In this document: one piece after another, positions 11,102-22,200 of the stretch | How positions within the stretch are numbered: the first letter of the stretch is position 1 | Layout: the number at the start of each line of letters is the position of its first letter | From: a virus | Length of the DNA: 64,000 nucleotides | IMG/VR virus record: IMGVR_UViG_3300042868_005761 | Coordinates: 96,001-160,000 of that record | Reading direction: 5' to 3' (one strand) | Notes under the pieces: model-generated | What the model saw: the letters and a program-made list of their open reading frames with translations, nothing else | Told to the model about the DNA's origin: nothing | Databases searched by the model: none | Program-made: the position numbers and the translations under genes

Positions 11102-11993
11102 AGAATGTTCCGTTTGCAGATATGGGGCTTGTCTGATTACTCTTCCAGGTTTTACTTGTAACAAAGATATCCCAAAGAATATCTATATCGCTATCCGACA
11201 CAGGTATGACTGAAGAGGCAGTTTCAACATTTGAAGCCATGGTTTGTAATATTTTGTATGCACTAACCACTTTTACTGGACAATAGTAAATTGGTATGTA
11301 TCTATGCACTACTGAATATGATACTTGAATATTGCCAAACGTACTAGAATCATAAATAATTAATTTATCTACTCCGTCATAATAGTAGTCTCCGGCAGAT
11401 AGAACTTCTCTTATACTTGATTTTCTATTTCTAATAACAACGCTATCAGAGATAAAAGAATCTGGAGCTATATTTCTATGAGGTAATCTATTAACACCGG
11501 GTCTTACATTTGCGGAAAGATCATCTTCGTAATTCTTGAATGGCAGCATTGATAATAGTTTTTTATTATTAAACCTTGGATCTATAATTTCATATCTGGC
11601 AATGTTATCAAGTGCAAGAAAACTTCCAGAATCAGTTATTGATGTCTCGGCAGTCAATTTTGTATAAAGAGTTCCGCCCGGAGAAGATCTACTCCCAACT
11701 CCACTTTCTACCATCAGTGTATATCCATCAAAATTAATCCTTGTTGGAGCCACGTCTGGGTTCAGTTTGGTATCGATATAGCCAGCAAGGTATGGCCTGG
11801 TGTTAAAGGCCCTTGCAAGCGTTGCAGAGATGCCTTGGTCAGTTAGTGATGAGCTATGTGTAAACAAAGAAAGAACACGTCTTTTAAAATCCTTAATAGA
11901 TTCTTTGTTTCCTCTTACAAGTCCAAATTTAAAAGCAACATTGTCTATATCTATGCTAGACTTTGGCGAATCAATTTTTTGAAAAGTAGACAT
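11091..11993 (-). CDS. Baseplate wedge protein (P2 gpI/T4 gp7-like N-terminus)
   Basis: N-terminal 'IDNVAFKFGLVRGNKESIKDFKRRVL' matches the LD..G...GL.R...E....YR.RI pattern of wedge proteins; two genes downstream of baseplate J. Confidence 0.6.
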   Translation of the reverse strand: MSTFQKIDSPKSSIDIDNVAFKFGLVRGNKESIKDFKRRVLSLFTHSSSLTDQGISATLARAFNTRPYLAGYIDTKLNPDVAPTRINFDGYTLMVESGVGSRSSPGGTLYTKLTAETSITDSGSFLALDNIARYEIIDPRFNNKKLLSMLPFKNYEDDLSANVRPGVNRLPHRNIAPDSFISDSVVIRNRKSSIREVLSAGDYYYDGVDKLIIYDSSTFGNIQVSYSVVHRYIPIYYCPVKVVSAYKILQTMASNVETASSVIPVSDSDIDILWDIFVTSKTWKSNQTSPISANGTFYAS

Positions 11994-13675
11994 TAATACC
12001 CCGTTACAAGTTCATCAAACTCTACATTTGTATAAATAGCATTACTTGTTGCATCATAAATCCAGCCATCCTTCATAAAGGATAAGTGCTTTATTTCATT
12101 AATACTTTTTGTAACTTCAAGCTCTTGGTCTGGATTGAAACCTAATTCGTATCCAGTGTAATTTGCATCTAGAACAAAAGTTTTATAGGGAATCTTATAA
12201 TCAACATTAATAATTTTTTTACCAATTATTAGTCTTGTATCAACATCAAATACTGTGAAAACAAAAGTTCCTACCACGTCAGTGGGAAGAGTATATTTCC
12301 ATCTTACTTCTTGATTCTTTAAATCAAAAGCTCTAACTGGACCTGGATCCCAAGGATCTTCTTCTGTAAAGAAATTGCCATCAGCCCCAATGTAATTTTT
12401 AAGGCCACTTTCAATGTTTTCAACTTCCATTACAAATTTTCTTAGTTTGTTTCCATAAAGAAATTCTACTGGTCGGCTTTCAAGATATATCTCGTCTCCC
12501 GGCCGATAGTCAATTTTGTCACAGACAACATTCATTGCATAAGTAGTATTGTCATTGTATATACTGTGAGCTCCATGTAAAAACAAATCGTACATATGAA
12601 GTTTACTAGGCTCTTCTAGATCACTTGGATTCTCAAGAGCATACATAATTACATCTTTTTTCAAGAAAGAAGAAGGATATACTGTTTCATTATTGTCATC
12701 AAATAGAAGATAACTATCAAGTACAAAATCTGTAGTCTCTTCAACATAGTCAATGCTTTGAACAATTAGATAATCATCTTCTATGCACATATAAGCTGTT
12801 TTATTTGCGTTTTCAATTGTATAGTTTCTGCTATATAGTGTCTTCTTTCTTGAAGAAGGAAACGAATTGTTTATTACTAGTTGTACATAGAAATTATCTA
12901 GCTGGCTTTCAAGTAGCAAATCAAACTTAAGAACATACATACCAGGAACAATAACTCCCTCAAATGAATGCTCGTACTTTGGCAACATATTAATAACTGA
13001 TACATTATTAGTTGTTTGATACTCAGTCAGTATTGCATTACCAAAGATGTAGGCGCTTCTTCCTGCTGAGTTTTTTCTCTTTGCAAAGAAATCTTCCTTT
13101 ACAATTGCAAGAGTTTCATCTTTTGGTACTAAGGCAAACCCTAAATAGATTGGCTCTTTAACAAAAATAATAAACTCGCTTTTGCTTTTTACATTATCAA
13201 AAAAGCCAATATATGGATTAGAGCCATTGGCATTTATTGCTTCTAACACTGAGACTCTTGGTTCTCTATGAATAGATTCTTCAAAGGTTAAGAACTGTCT
13301 ATTGCTTAGATCTAGAATGTCACCATAAGAGCAAGGCGTTAGTTCGTATGTTGTTGCGCCAAGTTTTCCAGTGACGGTAACTGGTGGCAAATTAAAACTT
13401 CCCGCTCCTGTTGTAAAGAAAACGCTACCATCATCAGAGTACTTATAGTAGTAGGCTGGTAGAGTAACATCTTGCTCTGGATGAAACTGGCTATTGTAGT
13501 TGTTGTGTACAAGAAAAGAGAACATGTCAAGTTGCTCTGACATGTCAGACATTATTGTTTGAAAGTTACTATGCTTATCTGAACGAGCAAGAGACCAATC
13601 TGGAAAAGAGTTGGCAAGCTTTTGCGCGCTTAATGAATAGTAAGGTCTTTTTCTTAGCTCTTTGTAAACGCTCAT
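11993..13675 (-). CDS. Putative baseplate protein (560 aa)
   Basis: Directly follows baseplate J; its stop overlaps the next start. Confidence 0.55.
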   Translation of the reverse strand: MSVYKELRKRPYYSLSAQKLANSFPDWSLARSDKHSNFQTIMSDMSEQLDMFSFLVHNNYNSQFHPEQDVTLPAYYYKYSDDGSVFFTTGAGSFNLPPVTVTGKLGATTYELTPCSYGDILDLSNRQFLTFEESIHREPRVSVLEAINANGSNPYIGFFDNVKSKSEFIIFVKEPIYLGFALVPKDETLAIVKEDFFAKRKNSAGRSAYIFGNAILTEYQTTNNVSVINMLPKYEHSFEGVIVPGMYVLKFDLLLESQLDNFYVQLVINNSFPSSRKKTLYSRNYTIENANKTAYMCIEDDYLIVQSIDYVEETTDFVLDSYLLFDDNNETVYPSSFLKKDVIMYALENPSDLEEPSKLHMYDLFLHGAHSIYNDNTTYAMNVVCDKIDYRPGDEIYLESRPVEFLYGNKLRKFVMEVENIESGLKNYIGADGNFFTEEDPWDPGPVRAFDLKNQEVRWKYTLPTDVVGTFVFTVFDVDTRLIIGKKIINVDYKIPYKTFVLDANYTGYELGFNPDQELEVTKSINEIKHLSFMKDGWIYDATSNAIYTNVEFDELVTGY

Positions 13676-13676
13676 G

Positions 13677-14852
13677 TTATTCGATTACGTCTATGATTAC
13701 AGCGGGAGCACCATCTGGTGAACCTAATGTTGCAATTTGAGTATCTAAAATAGTAATGGTTTCTCTTGGCCCTGCTATATATTTAAACTTTGCACTTCCT
13801 TCATATGTTGTATAAACAACAGAATCAAAACTGTTTGATCCAGATCCTAAACTCTTAACACCAGGCACTGAACTTGTTACTCGTGAAGCAAGAGCACTCA
13901 GTGAGACAGCTTGCCCTCCACTAAGTCCGTTAAAGTAATCACTAATTGCAATCTTTACACTGTCAATAAGATTACTTGCTGTAAAGCCTGCTTTAGCTGA
14001 AATTGTTGTTTTAAAAACAAACCCAACTGGATCATAGTTCTTAACTAAGACTTTTCTTCCAGCCCCTATCTCCATCTCTAGCTTTGCTTGTAAGTCCCGG
14101 ATTGTTGACTCAGGATAAACAACTCCAGAATAAGGTTGGACACAAACCATCAAAGCACCAGGGCCATCATAGTTTCTTATTACTGTAGTTTTACCTAGAC
14201 CAGACAATCTTGAGATTGCACTATTTAGAATAAATTCAGTATTAGCATTTGATTCAATTTTTTCAAGGATTCTATTTCTTATAGAGTCCATTGTCTCTAA
14301 ATCTTCTCCGTTTAGTATTGCTCTTGTATTTGTAACGGTAAGTCCTTGATAAGATTTCTCAAATCTATTTAACTCACCCTTAGCAACATTAAAGTCAGAA
14401 CCTAAGGCATAAGCCTGGACTCCTACATAAGCACTTGACTGCGAGTAGCCATTAGGCTCGATCTCTGTTACAAAGTATTTCTTATTTCCACTTAAAAGGG
14501 TTATACCTACTATTTCAATATTATTTAATCTTAGATTAGCGCTAATAGACAACCCATTAGTTGAGCTAACTAGCACATTAAAATCAGCTGACTCAGACTT
14601 GGCTTTTCTACCAATCTTTCTTCTGACATTGAAATCTTCTGCATACTTTGAAATTTGATCTTCTGTAATCGTATTGAAATGTATGTCTCTTATGATCTGT
14701 TCTTGTTGTGCTTCTAACTGCGCAATTTGTCTGCTTATATCAGTGGCAAGACCATCTAGCATTGAGCCAGATCCATAGTACGTAGCACCAAGTCTACGCT
14801 TTGAATCGTTGATGATTTCTTTTCTTATAGCGTTTTCAGATCTTATTGCCAT
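13677..14852 (-). CDS. Baseplate J-like wedge protein
   Basis: 'VQAYALGSDFNVAKGEL...VTNTRAILNGEDLETMDSIRNRI' is the characteristic baseplate-J signature (A...G..gN......V.N......G.D.E.....R.R); follows a gp25-like gene. Confidence 0.85.
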   Translation of the reverse strand: MAIRSENAIRKEIINDSKRRLGATYYGSGSMLDGLATDISRQIAQLEAQQEQIIRDIHFNTITEDQISKYAEDFNVRRKIGRKAKSESADFNVLVSSTNGLSISANLRLNNIEIVGITLLSGNKKYFVTEIEPNGYSQSSAYVGVQAYALGSDFNVAKGELNRFEKSYQGLTVTNTRAILNGEDLETMDSIRNRILEKIESNANTEFILNSAISRLSGLGKTTVIRNYDGPGALMVCVQPYSGVVYPESTIRDLQAKLEMEIGAGRKVLVKNYDPVGFVFKTTISAKAGFTASNLIDSVKIAISDYFNGLSGGQAVSLSALASRVTSSVPGVKSLGSGSNSFDSVVYTTYEGSAKFKYIAGPRETITILDTQIATLGSPDGAPAVIIDVIE

Positions 14853-14854
14853 TC

Positions 14855-15328
14855 TTATTCTCCAAAGCCTGTAATTGTTTTAAGTTCTTGCGTGCCATCA
14901 TAGAATACAGAGTTAATCATAACTGGTATTGTGCCACCGCCACCTGTAGGTACATTTAGTTGCACGTGAATAATAACTGCTTCTTTGTTGATTGGATCGG
15001 GGATTACATCAACTTTCAATGCATATCTATTTGGATTGATATTACTATTAACCATATTCTGATATATATAAGATCTCAACTGCGCCATTCCATTTGAAGT
15101 GACAAGACTTTTCTTTCCTTTAGGAGATGCCCCAAATTGTAAGTTAGTCTTATATGTTCCTACTGCTGTACTTAGACATAATCTAATTACTTGTTTAAAA
15201 GTATCAAGACTTGACTCATCTGTAAAAGCAAGATCCGAATAGCCCTCTGGTCTAGTAGTCAATGCAAAATCCCAATTAGATGAAATTTTTATATCTTTTA
15301 CTCCATATGGATCTTGGATAGAAGCCAT
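14855..15328 (-). CDS. Baseplate wedge gp25/gpW-like sheath initiator
   Basis: 'DLAF...FKQVIRLCLSTAVGTYKTNLQFGAS' resembles the gp25 motif (Q.I...L.T..G.....P.FG); size and position before J fit. Confidence 0.7.
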   Translation of the reverse strand: MASIQDPYGVKDIKISSNWDFALTTRPEGYSDLAFTDESSLDTFKQVIRLCLSTAVGTYKTNLQFGASPKGKKSLVTSNGMAQLRSYIYQNMVNSNINPNRYALKVDVIPDPINKEAVIIHVQLNVPTGGGGTIPVMINSVFYDGTQELKTITGFGE

Positions 15329-15645
15329 TAAAGCATACCTACAGCGCCACCTATTAGTGCATTCATTGCAAACATATTGGCAAAGGCAAGTAATGGACCT
15401 GGACTAATCATGTACTTTGGACCAATTGGGAACATTCCAGCAATTGGGTTAACATGCGTTAGCATTCCATAGTAAGTCATCTGGTCAGGGCTCATTTGCC
15501 AGTTCATAGAACCAGCTCCTGCATTCATAGACTTCTTGTCTAGTACAAGGAACGTTTCTGTTCCTGCTCCTATTCTGACATAGTCCAACCCAACCTCAAT
15601 AAAAGCTTCCCCATCGGGAAGTTTAATAATTTTTGTTTCAGCCAT
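15328..15645 (-). CDS. Small baseplate/spike-associated protein (105 aa)
   Basis: Located between hub and gp25; short beta strands followed by a hydrophobic C-terminus; AAGGA SD. Confidence 0.5.
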   Translation of the reverse strand: MAETKIIKLPDGEAFIEVGLDYVRIGAGTETFLVLDKKSMNAGAGSMNWQMSPDQMTYYGMLTHVNPIAGMFPIGPKYMISPGPLLAFANMFAMNALIGGAVGML

Positions 15646-15653
15646 TTTGTTCC

Positions 15654-16229
15654 TTAAAACCCGGGAATCTTTGTATTGTTTAGCATTGCTGAGAAGATTT
15701 GAATAGCATTACCAGACCTATTCTTGTTTTGTGTATACGACCATTGCTCTGGAGAGATCTCTCCTCCATTACCAAATCTAGAATCTGAAATTATAGTAGC
15801 CGTGCCAGATAGAAAGGTTGTAGGATGGAATGTATATTCAATAACAGGTTGAATTCTTTCTATTGTCTGCTTTGATCCAAAGCTAGTAAACAATTCTTGA
15901 GGAGTAGAAGTCAAGAGAAATACTGTAGGATTTTCAGTTCTAGAGTTGTTTTCAAGTATATTATTCCACTCAACATCTAGAATTTCTCCATATGCAGCAT
16001 TTTTATTTCCGCTTTTATCTCTACCTTGTATTAGGCTAACTCTAAAGTCAATATAAACGTTATTGCCAATAAGCTGAGTACCTGAAGGCAAAATATCACC
16101 TGGAAAGAATATTGATTTAATATAACCTTTAGCGCTTATAAGACTATGTAACCCAGGACTACCTACTGACTGATGGTCAAAAGATTTGTTTAACTTATAG
16201 CCAATATTTGTCTTTGGTACTTTTGGCAT
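15654..16229 (-). CDS. Putative baseplate spike/OB-fold protein (191 aa)
   Basis: Immediately downstream of the hub gene (TAATG overlap), where spike genes normally lie; function inferred from position only. Confidence 0.4.
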   Translation of the reverse strand: MPKVPKTNIGYKLNKSFDHQSVGSPGLHSLISAKGYIKSIFFPGDILPSGTQLIGNNVYIDFRVSLIQGRDKSGNKNAAYGEILDVEWNNILENNSRTENPTVFLLTSTPQELFTSFGSKQTIERIQPVIEYTFHPTTFLSGTATIISDSRFGNGGEISPEQWSYTQNKNRSGNAIQIFSAMLNNTKIPGF

Positions 16230-19200
16230 TATTGCTTCTTTACGTTGGGGAACAGATATTTATTTGCAAGCGTACCACCAATATCTTCAAACATCTTATC
16301 ATAAGTAAAGCCTAGGTCGTCTGCTGTAAACTGCGCTTCAAGAAGAGTATTATCCATTGATGCACCATATCTTAATCTTGCATTTGCAGTTTTCATTATA
16401 GAATCTGCTCTTGTCATAGATTGTCCTAGGCCACCATCCATCCAGTACTGACGGATGTATTGACCAGGGGACTTATACATACCAGTACTCATGCCTATGT
16501 TTGTGCCTGCCACCATAGGAATACCCTCTCTTGCTAAAGGAATCATCATATAAGCGCGACCTTCTGCGATGTAGTTGTATATGACTGAAGTTAAAGATGA
16601 AGATGCATAGAAGTAAGCCAAACTTCCAGCAATTGCAGAACCAAGAAGAACACTAGCAGTGCTACCAAGTGCACCTCCTCCATACATAAATCTTTTGGTA
16701 CTTAATGCAAGGGCGCCGCCAGAAATTACGCCAAGAGTACCAGCCCCAATTGATATGTTTTCAGTAAAATCCTGAGCAGCATTTACCTCTTCTTGCATCT
16801 TTAAAACTTTTTGTCTGTAATTTTCCATTACCTCACTTAAGCTATCAAGATAGTACTGCCCTTCACTTGTCATATTATTTTTCTCACCCCAATTGGGGAA
16901 AGCTGCAAGCGCTAATTCCATATAGTACTGAGTTCTTGTGTAGACACTACTTTGTAGTCCATTGAAAATAATATAAGGAGTAACATCTTCTTCTATAACA
17001 AAAGTGTCTGGGTAAAGCTGAGTGATGTATCCAGTTTCTGGACTAAAGATATGATGCACTTCTTCAACTTCAATAGGTCCATAGATATTGTTATAAGTAT
17101 CATTTATGATGCATACATCGTAAGGCTTTATATGCGGATTCCCCATAATGGTCATTGAACCTTTGTACATCTCTTTTGCTTGCTTTGCAAGTATTGATCT
17201 TGCATAAGTTGACGCCATTCCTTTACTTTTACAGTTAGGAAACTGATATGAAGTTTTTCTTATAAACTGAGGAGATAGATCTACGTTTGCCTTTCTTGTA
17301 ACAGTGTTCTGCTCTTGCCAGTCAATAAACGCGTTTAAGTTCCTAACGTCTGGTGCACTAGCAGTGCGAATGGCCGCATCATTCCATTGTACTTCAACTT
17401 CTGTATACCAGCCATCAGCTGTTGCTTCTATATCATTGCTGATAATATCTGTATAAGAATTAAGATTATGCCAAGTTCTAAATGGTCTAAAACGTCTTCT
17501 TGCTATTCTTATAAAATTTGCAATCTCTTCAGAACTAACACTTGGCACATTTCCGTAATCAGGAAGAGTATAGTCACCTGACGCATCTCTTCTTGTTTGC
17601 TGTAGGAAAGGACTACCTTCTTCTAATTGTCCACCTGACTTTAGTATCTTTCTGAAGATTTTATTTTGCCGATAAACATCCAAAGGATCTCCGCAATATT
17701 CCCACATATTCTGATCTGGAAGACCAAAAAACATAGTCATACGATTACTATTCTTATAAATTCTAGGATGCTTAACATAGCTAGGATGACGATATGTCAT
17801 CTCTTCAAATACATCCCAAATTGTAGAATAAAAAACATTGTAATATAAAGTTTCAGGAGAGTACACAGAAATTAACATTGGACTATTTTTATACTCACTA
17901 TCGTTAGCGTTTTTCTTGGCAAGAGCATGTCTATCCAAAATACCAGTGCCGTGGTTTCTAGCTCCTTGGAGTTCCTTTTCTACAGCATCCTTGTCCGTTA
18001 AGAAATAGTCAGCTGTGTAATACGCAGCTGTAGCCATTGCCTGAATGACCACTTTAAGTACAACTCCAAAAGCTACAGCCCCTGCAACTATAAGACCTAT
18101 CTTTGTCTTGGTAATATTACCTGCAGCTGAGCCAACCTTCCAGGCCGTTGGGAGAGCTATGGCTCCAGCTGTCCATCCAGCCGCAGCAGGAATTCCAAGC
18201 TTCTTTGCTTTATCCTCAAACTCTTTTACCTGTCCATCTTCAACTTGAACAACACGAGCTGTGCCGTCTCTTGTCAATGCCCCAGTCCAAGTACCAAACC
18301 AGTCATACCAGTAATAGCCTTGTAGCGGTTGATAGCTAGGAATATAAAGATTGTCATCCTGAGGTCCTTGGTTGGGCTTTATAACATAGGCTTTATTTGC
18401 ATCATTCTTCCAGTTCTCTAATGCGTCATAAGTTCCATCAATCCAATTCAGATCAAAGCTATCTTCAAACGTATAAAGATAGTTTATAAACCCGCCTTTT
18501 CTTCTTGCATTGTGCATACCTCCAACAGCAAATCCTTCCTTATAAGCTAAGTTTGAAGCAGCAATGCTTTTGTCTTCACCAAAGGAAATAATACTGTCAA
18601 ACTTTTTCTTACCAAAGTGTATGACTTCTGGTTCAAACATTAATCTAGCTAATAGATCAAATGTATCCAGATGTTGAACTGATGTTTCTTTTTTAGTAGT
18701 ACCTTTTAACTTTGCAACTAATTCAGCACCATAAGACTGAGCAACAACTTCAATCTTATTACCAGACCCATCTAGATTAATGTCGGTAATTTCACCAAGG
18801 AATACTTCTTCTAGCTTATTAGCATCATTGCTAAATCCTAAGCAAACTTTGATCTTCATGCCAGCATTCAAAACAAATCCAATATCAGACTGTTCAAATT
18901 CTGTTCCTCTTACAAGAGCATTGCTAGATTCAAACTCTAATCCAGTTCCAACGTTAGCTAATCTTTCTGTGACCTTATCATCACTGATTAATATAGAATT
19001 AGCTGCTTTTGCAAATTGATTAAAACCAGTAAGAACTCCATTTGGATCTACAAATGTAAGTCTGCATATAGAGCTTGGGCGCTTGCGGCTGTCAGCAATC
19101 TCTAGTCGCTCAATCTTAGAGTAGGTATAAATTTCATCTAACTCTACATACTCTGTATTGTAAATATCATCTTCTTCTATTAGATAAACTTTGCAAACAG

Positions 19201-22200
19201 GATAAGCTCTTCTTGCTGCTAATTTCTTTCTGCCAATGCTTTTCAGGCCATCATGTAGTCTAGTTAAATTCGCATATTTTTGAGTTGAGAACTGTAACAA
19301 AACTGAAGGATCTCCCGCTCCACAATCGTCATCAAAGAAATTATAAAGATTAAAATTTGGTGGCGTCCTAGACTGATTGTTTTCTTCTTCTTGTCCAAAT
19401 CTTGCTCTTGGTCTTTCTGCAGTTCCAATTCGCGGAGGCACACATAGGTTTTCAGGAGTAGGTTGTTCTGATCCGTCAGGGCCGACAGCACCTTGACCTG
19501 TTTCTCCAGCCTCTGGACGCTTAATAGTTTCTAAGAAATCCTCATAATCTCCTCGAAGATATTCTTGCATTCTAAGAATATAGTCTTCGCCCTTAACTCT
19601 ATTAAAATCTTGAAGAGTAACGTTAGCAAGCGTACTCATTCTTAACTTTTGATTTTCTTCATCATCTTTATTAAAATTCATAGACATAGGAGCAAGTAAA
19701 TCTTGGTTAGGTCCAAGCCATAGTGATAAGTTAGCCCAATCATCTTTTGAGCTCTTTGCCTTTGGATATGTAAGACTATCACCGTCATCGCCCACTTTGT
19801 CATCATTATCAAGGTTAGGAGTTTGCTTAGGTACAACTTGAGTATCATGAATTTCGTTATTCCAAGCTCCAATTACTCCTTCCATCAAATCTGATGCGGC
19901 GTTGTTTGCTTTTTCTTTAAACTTGGCTATAAAATCTTTCCTAGTCGCAGTAGTTCCCGCACGTAAGTCTGCGTTTAATGGGCTACCTGTCTTGCCAAGT
20001 CTCTCTATATCTCCAGCAGCAAGATTAGCTGACATATTAATGTTAAAGTTATATATATCTTCAGCAGACCATCTTGCACTTAGTTTAGTTTTTTCAATCT
20101 GCCTATCTGCAAGTAACTCGTCATTGCCATCAATTGACGGATTGTAAAGATAGAAGTCTGGTTCAGTAAAGCTATTTCCTCTTGAGAAATTGGCAATAAC
20201 TTGGTTATCAGGCATATCTTGATTTTGATAAAAATTATTTACAACTGCATCAAAACCAAGAGCACTTACTCTTTGATTCCAATAAGGATGCAAAGGAAGA
20301 TCTAGGTCTTCGTAAGCAGGCTCAACTAAGCTTTGTTCTTGTGCAATTAATAGTTCTCTTGTCTTTGGGAAGAATTCTGTCTCAGTGCTAATCTTATAAA
20401 TATTCTCAAAATCAAAAACGTTATTTAAGTAAGGAATAATTAAATAGTTCCAAGCATAATCCATAAAGTATTGGTTTGGAACAGTTAACTTCATCCATCC
20501 ATTTGATCCTGGATTATCAATGATCTCTTCAAATTCAGTCACAAAATCAACAACTCTACGACCCCCTTTGTATCCTTTTTTGTTTTTCAACATAAGAGGT
20601 GCTCCAGGGCCTTTTTTATTGACATATCCTGCAGCCTCCTTGAAAAGTTCAGTATCCTTATTATTTAATACAACTGAGTCCTGATCATAGTTCGGATTTC
20701 CACCATTGATTCTTCTATTATGAAAATCATAAAAGAAACTTTCAACTGCCAATTGAGCATTAGCAGAATTAATACCAAAGCCACCAACACTATTGTTAAT
20801 TCTTTTTTCTGCTAATTCATCATTAAGCTGACCTGTAGTTGCTATATTATTAAAAAGGTCAGTTAGATCTTCACCTGCTATTGAAGCACCAGTAATCAAT
20901 GTTTGTTTTCCTGAAACAAATTGTACACTTCTCATACCAGGATCAACAGGACCACGAATTGGCTTCTTACCAGCTGCTATTAAGGCATCTTGGGCAGCTA
21001 CACGGTCTCTTATTCTACCAGTGGCGGCACCTTTACCTGTGAAAAGTTTACCAGGCGCGCCAATTACGCCAGGAGTTCCACCAGCTGCATTCTTTATTGC
21101 GCCTGCTGCATTCTTTATTAGAATATCACCACTTCTAATAAAACTACGAGCTGATTGCGTGTTCCAAAGAAGCCAATGCCTAAAAGCTGAAAGTTTTTGT
21201 GTACAGGCTACAACAAAACCACTTGTTTTCCACCATGCAGCAACAGCCCCTGCAGTGTGTGTTACCGTTGAGCCTGCTTTAGTATTAGCGGCAACTACCG
21301 CACCGGCCTTGGCTGCTGCTTTTCCTTTACCAATAATAAAAGATCCAACCTTTACAACTCCTGATCCTATTTTTGCAACTACGAATTCACCACCCCAGAC
21401 TAATGCAATGTCAAGAATCATATCTTTAACATCAAAACCTTTCCAAGGCTTGAATAACATCTTAGCGCCGGGCTTCATAATAGTATAAGGATTACTTGTA
21501 GAGACATCATCTCCGTCTTTGAATCCTCCACCAATATCATCTTGTGGGAACATTAAAGTTTCAAGACTTGTAATAGGCTTAACTAACTCAAAGATATTAA
21601 CACCGTATTCCTTAGCTGAGGTACTCAAACCTCTAAGAAAATTAGGACCAAACACTTCTTCTTGGAAGATTTCATTGGGTGCAAAGCGTCTAACATAATT
21701 CCAATTTTCACGAATAGCTGTATTAGTCTTATTTTCATTAGAATCGAAATACTCAATTAATACACGAGGAGTACCTTCAATTAAAGATGCCGCATCGCCT
21801 AGTGCACTATTTCCAGTACCAGCTTCTTGTAATAGAGAAACTCGCCACATCCAAAGAAACCAAGTATTTCTTGCAAGAGCAAGCACAGATCTATGACTTC
21901 TAATATAGGGAGCTATTGGGTTTGTTGTTATATCTCCTGACAACGACCAATCATTTAATGCGTCAGCATAAGAACTTTGTCCTTCACCATCTGCAAAGGT
22001 AAAAGCTTCAATACGAAGTGGTAACTCACTTAAATCATATTCAGTATGCTCAAACTCAAGTTTAAAATCCCAGTAAGCGGGAGCAATAGGATCAAGAGCA
22101 ATAGGAGCAAACAGCTGGAAAAAACTAAATTGTTGTCCAAATACTGTCCCCATGCCCCCTTGTAAAAACTCACCTTCATATTTTTGAGTGTAGTCTTTGA

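Noticed and set aside
11102-11164. TTG start at 11164 for the 1000-aa ORF
   Set aside because: It would overlap the upstream gene by 74 nt; ATG 11101 gives the short overlap typical of this operon.
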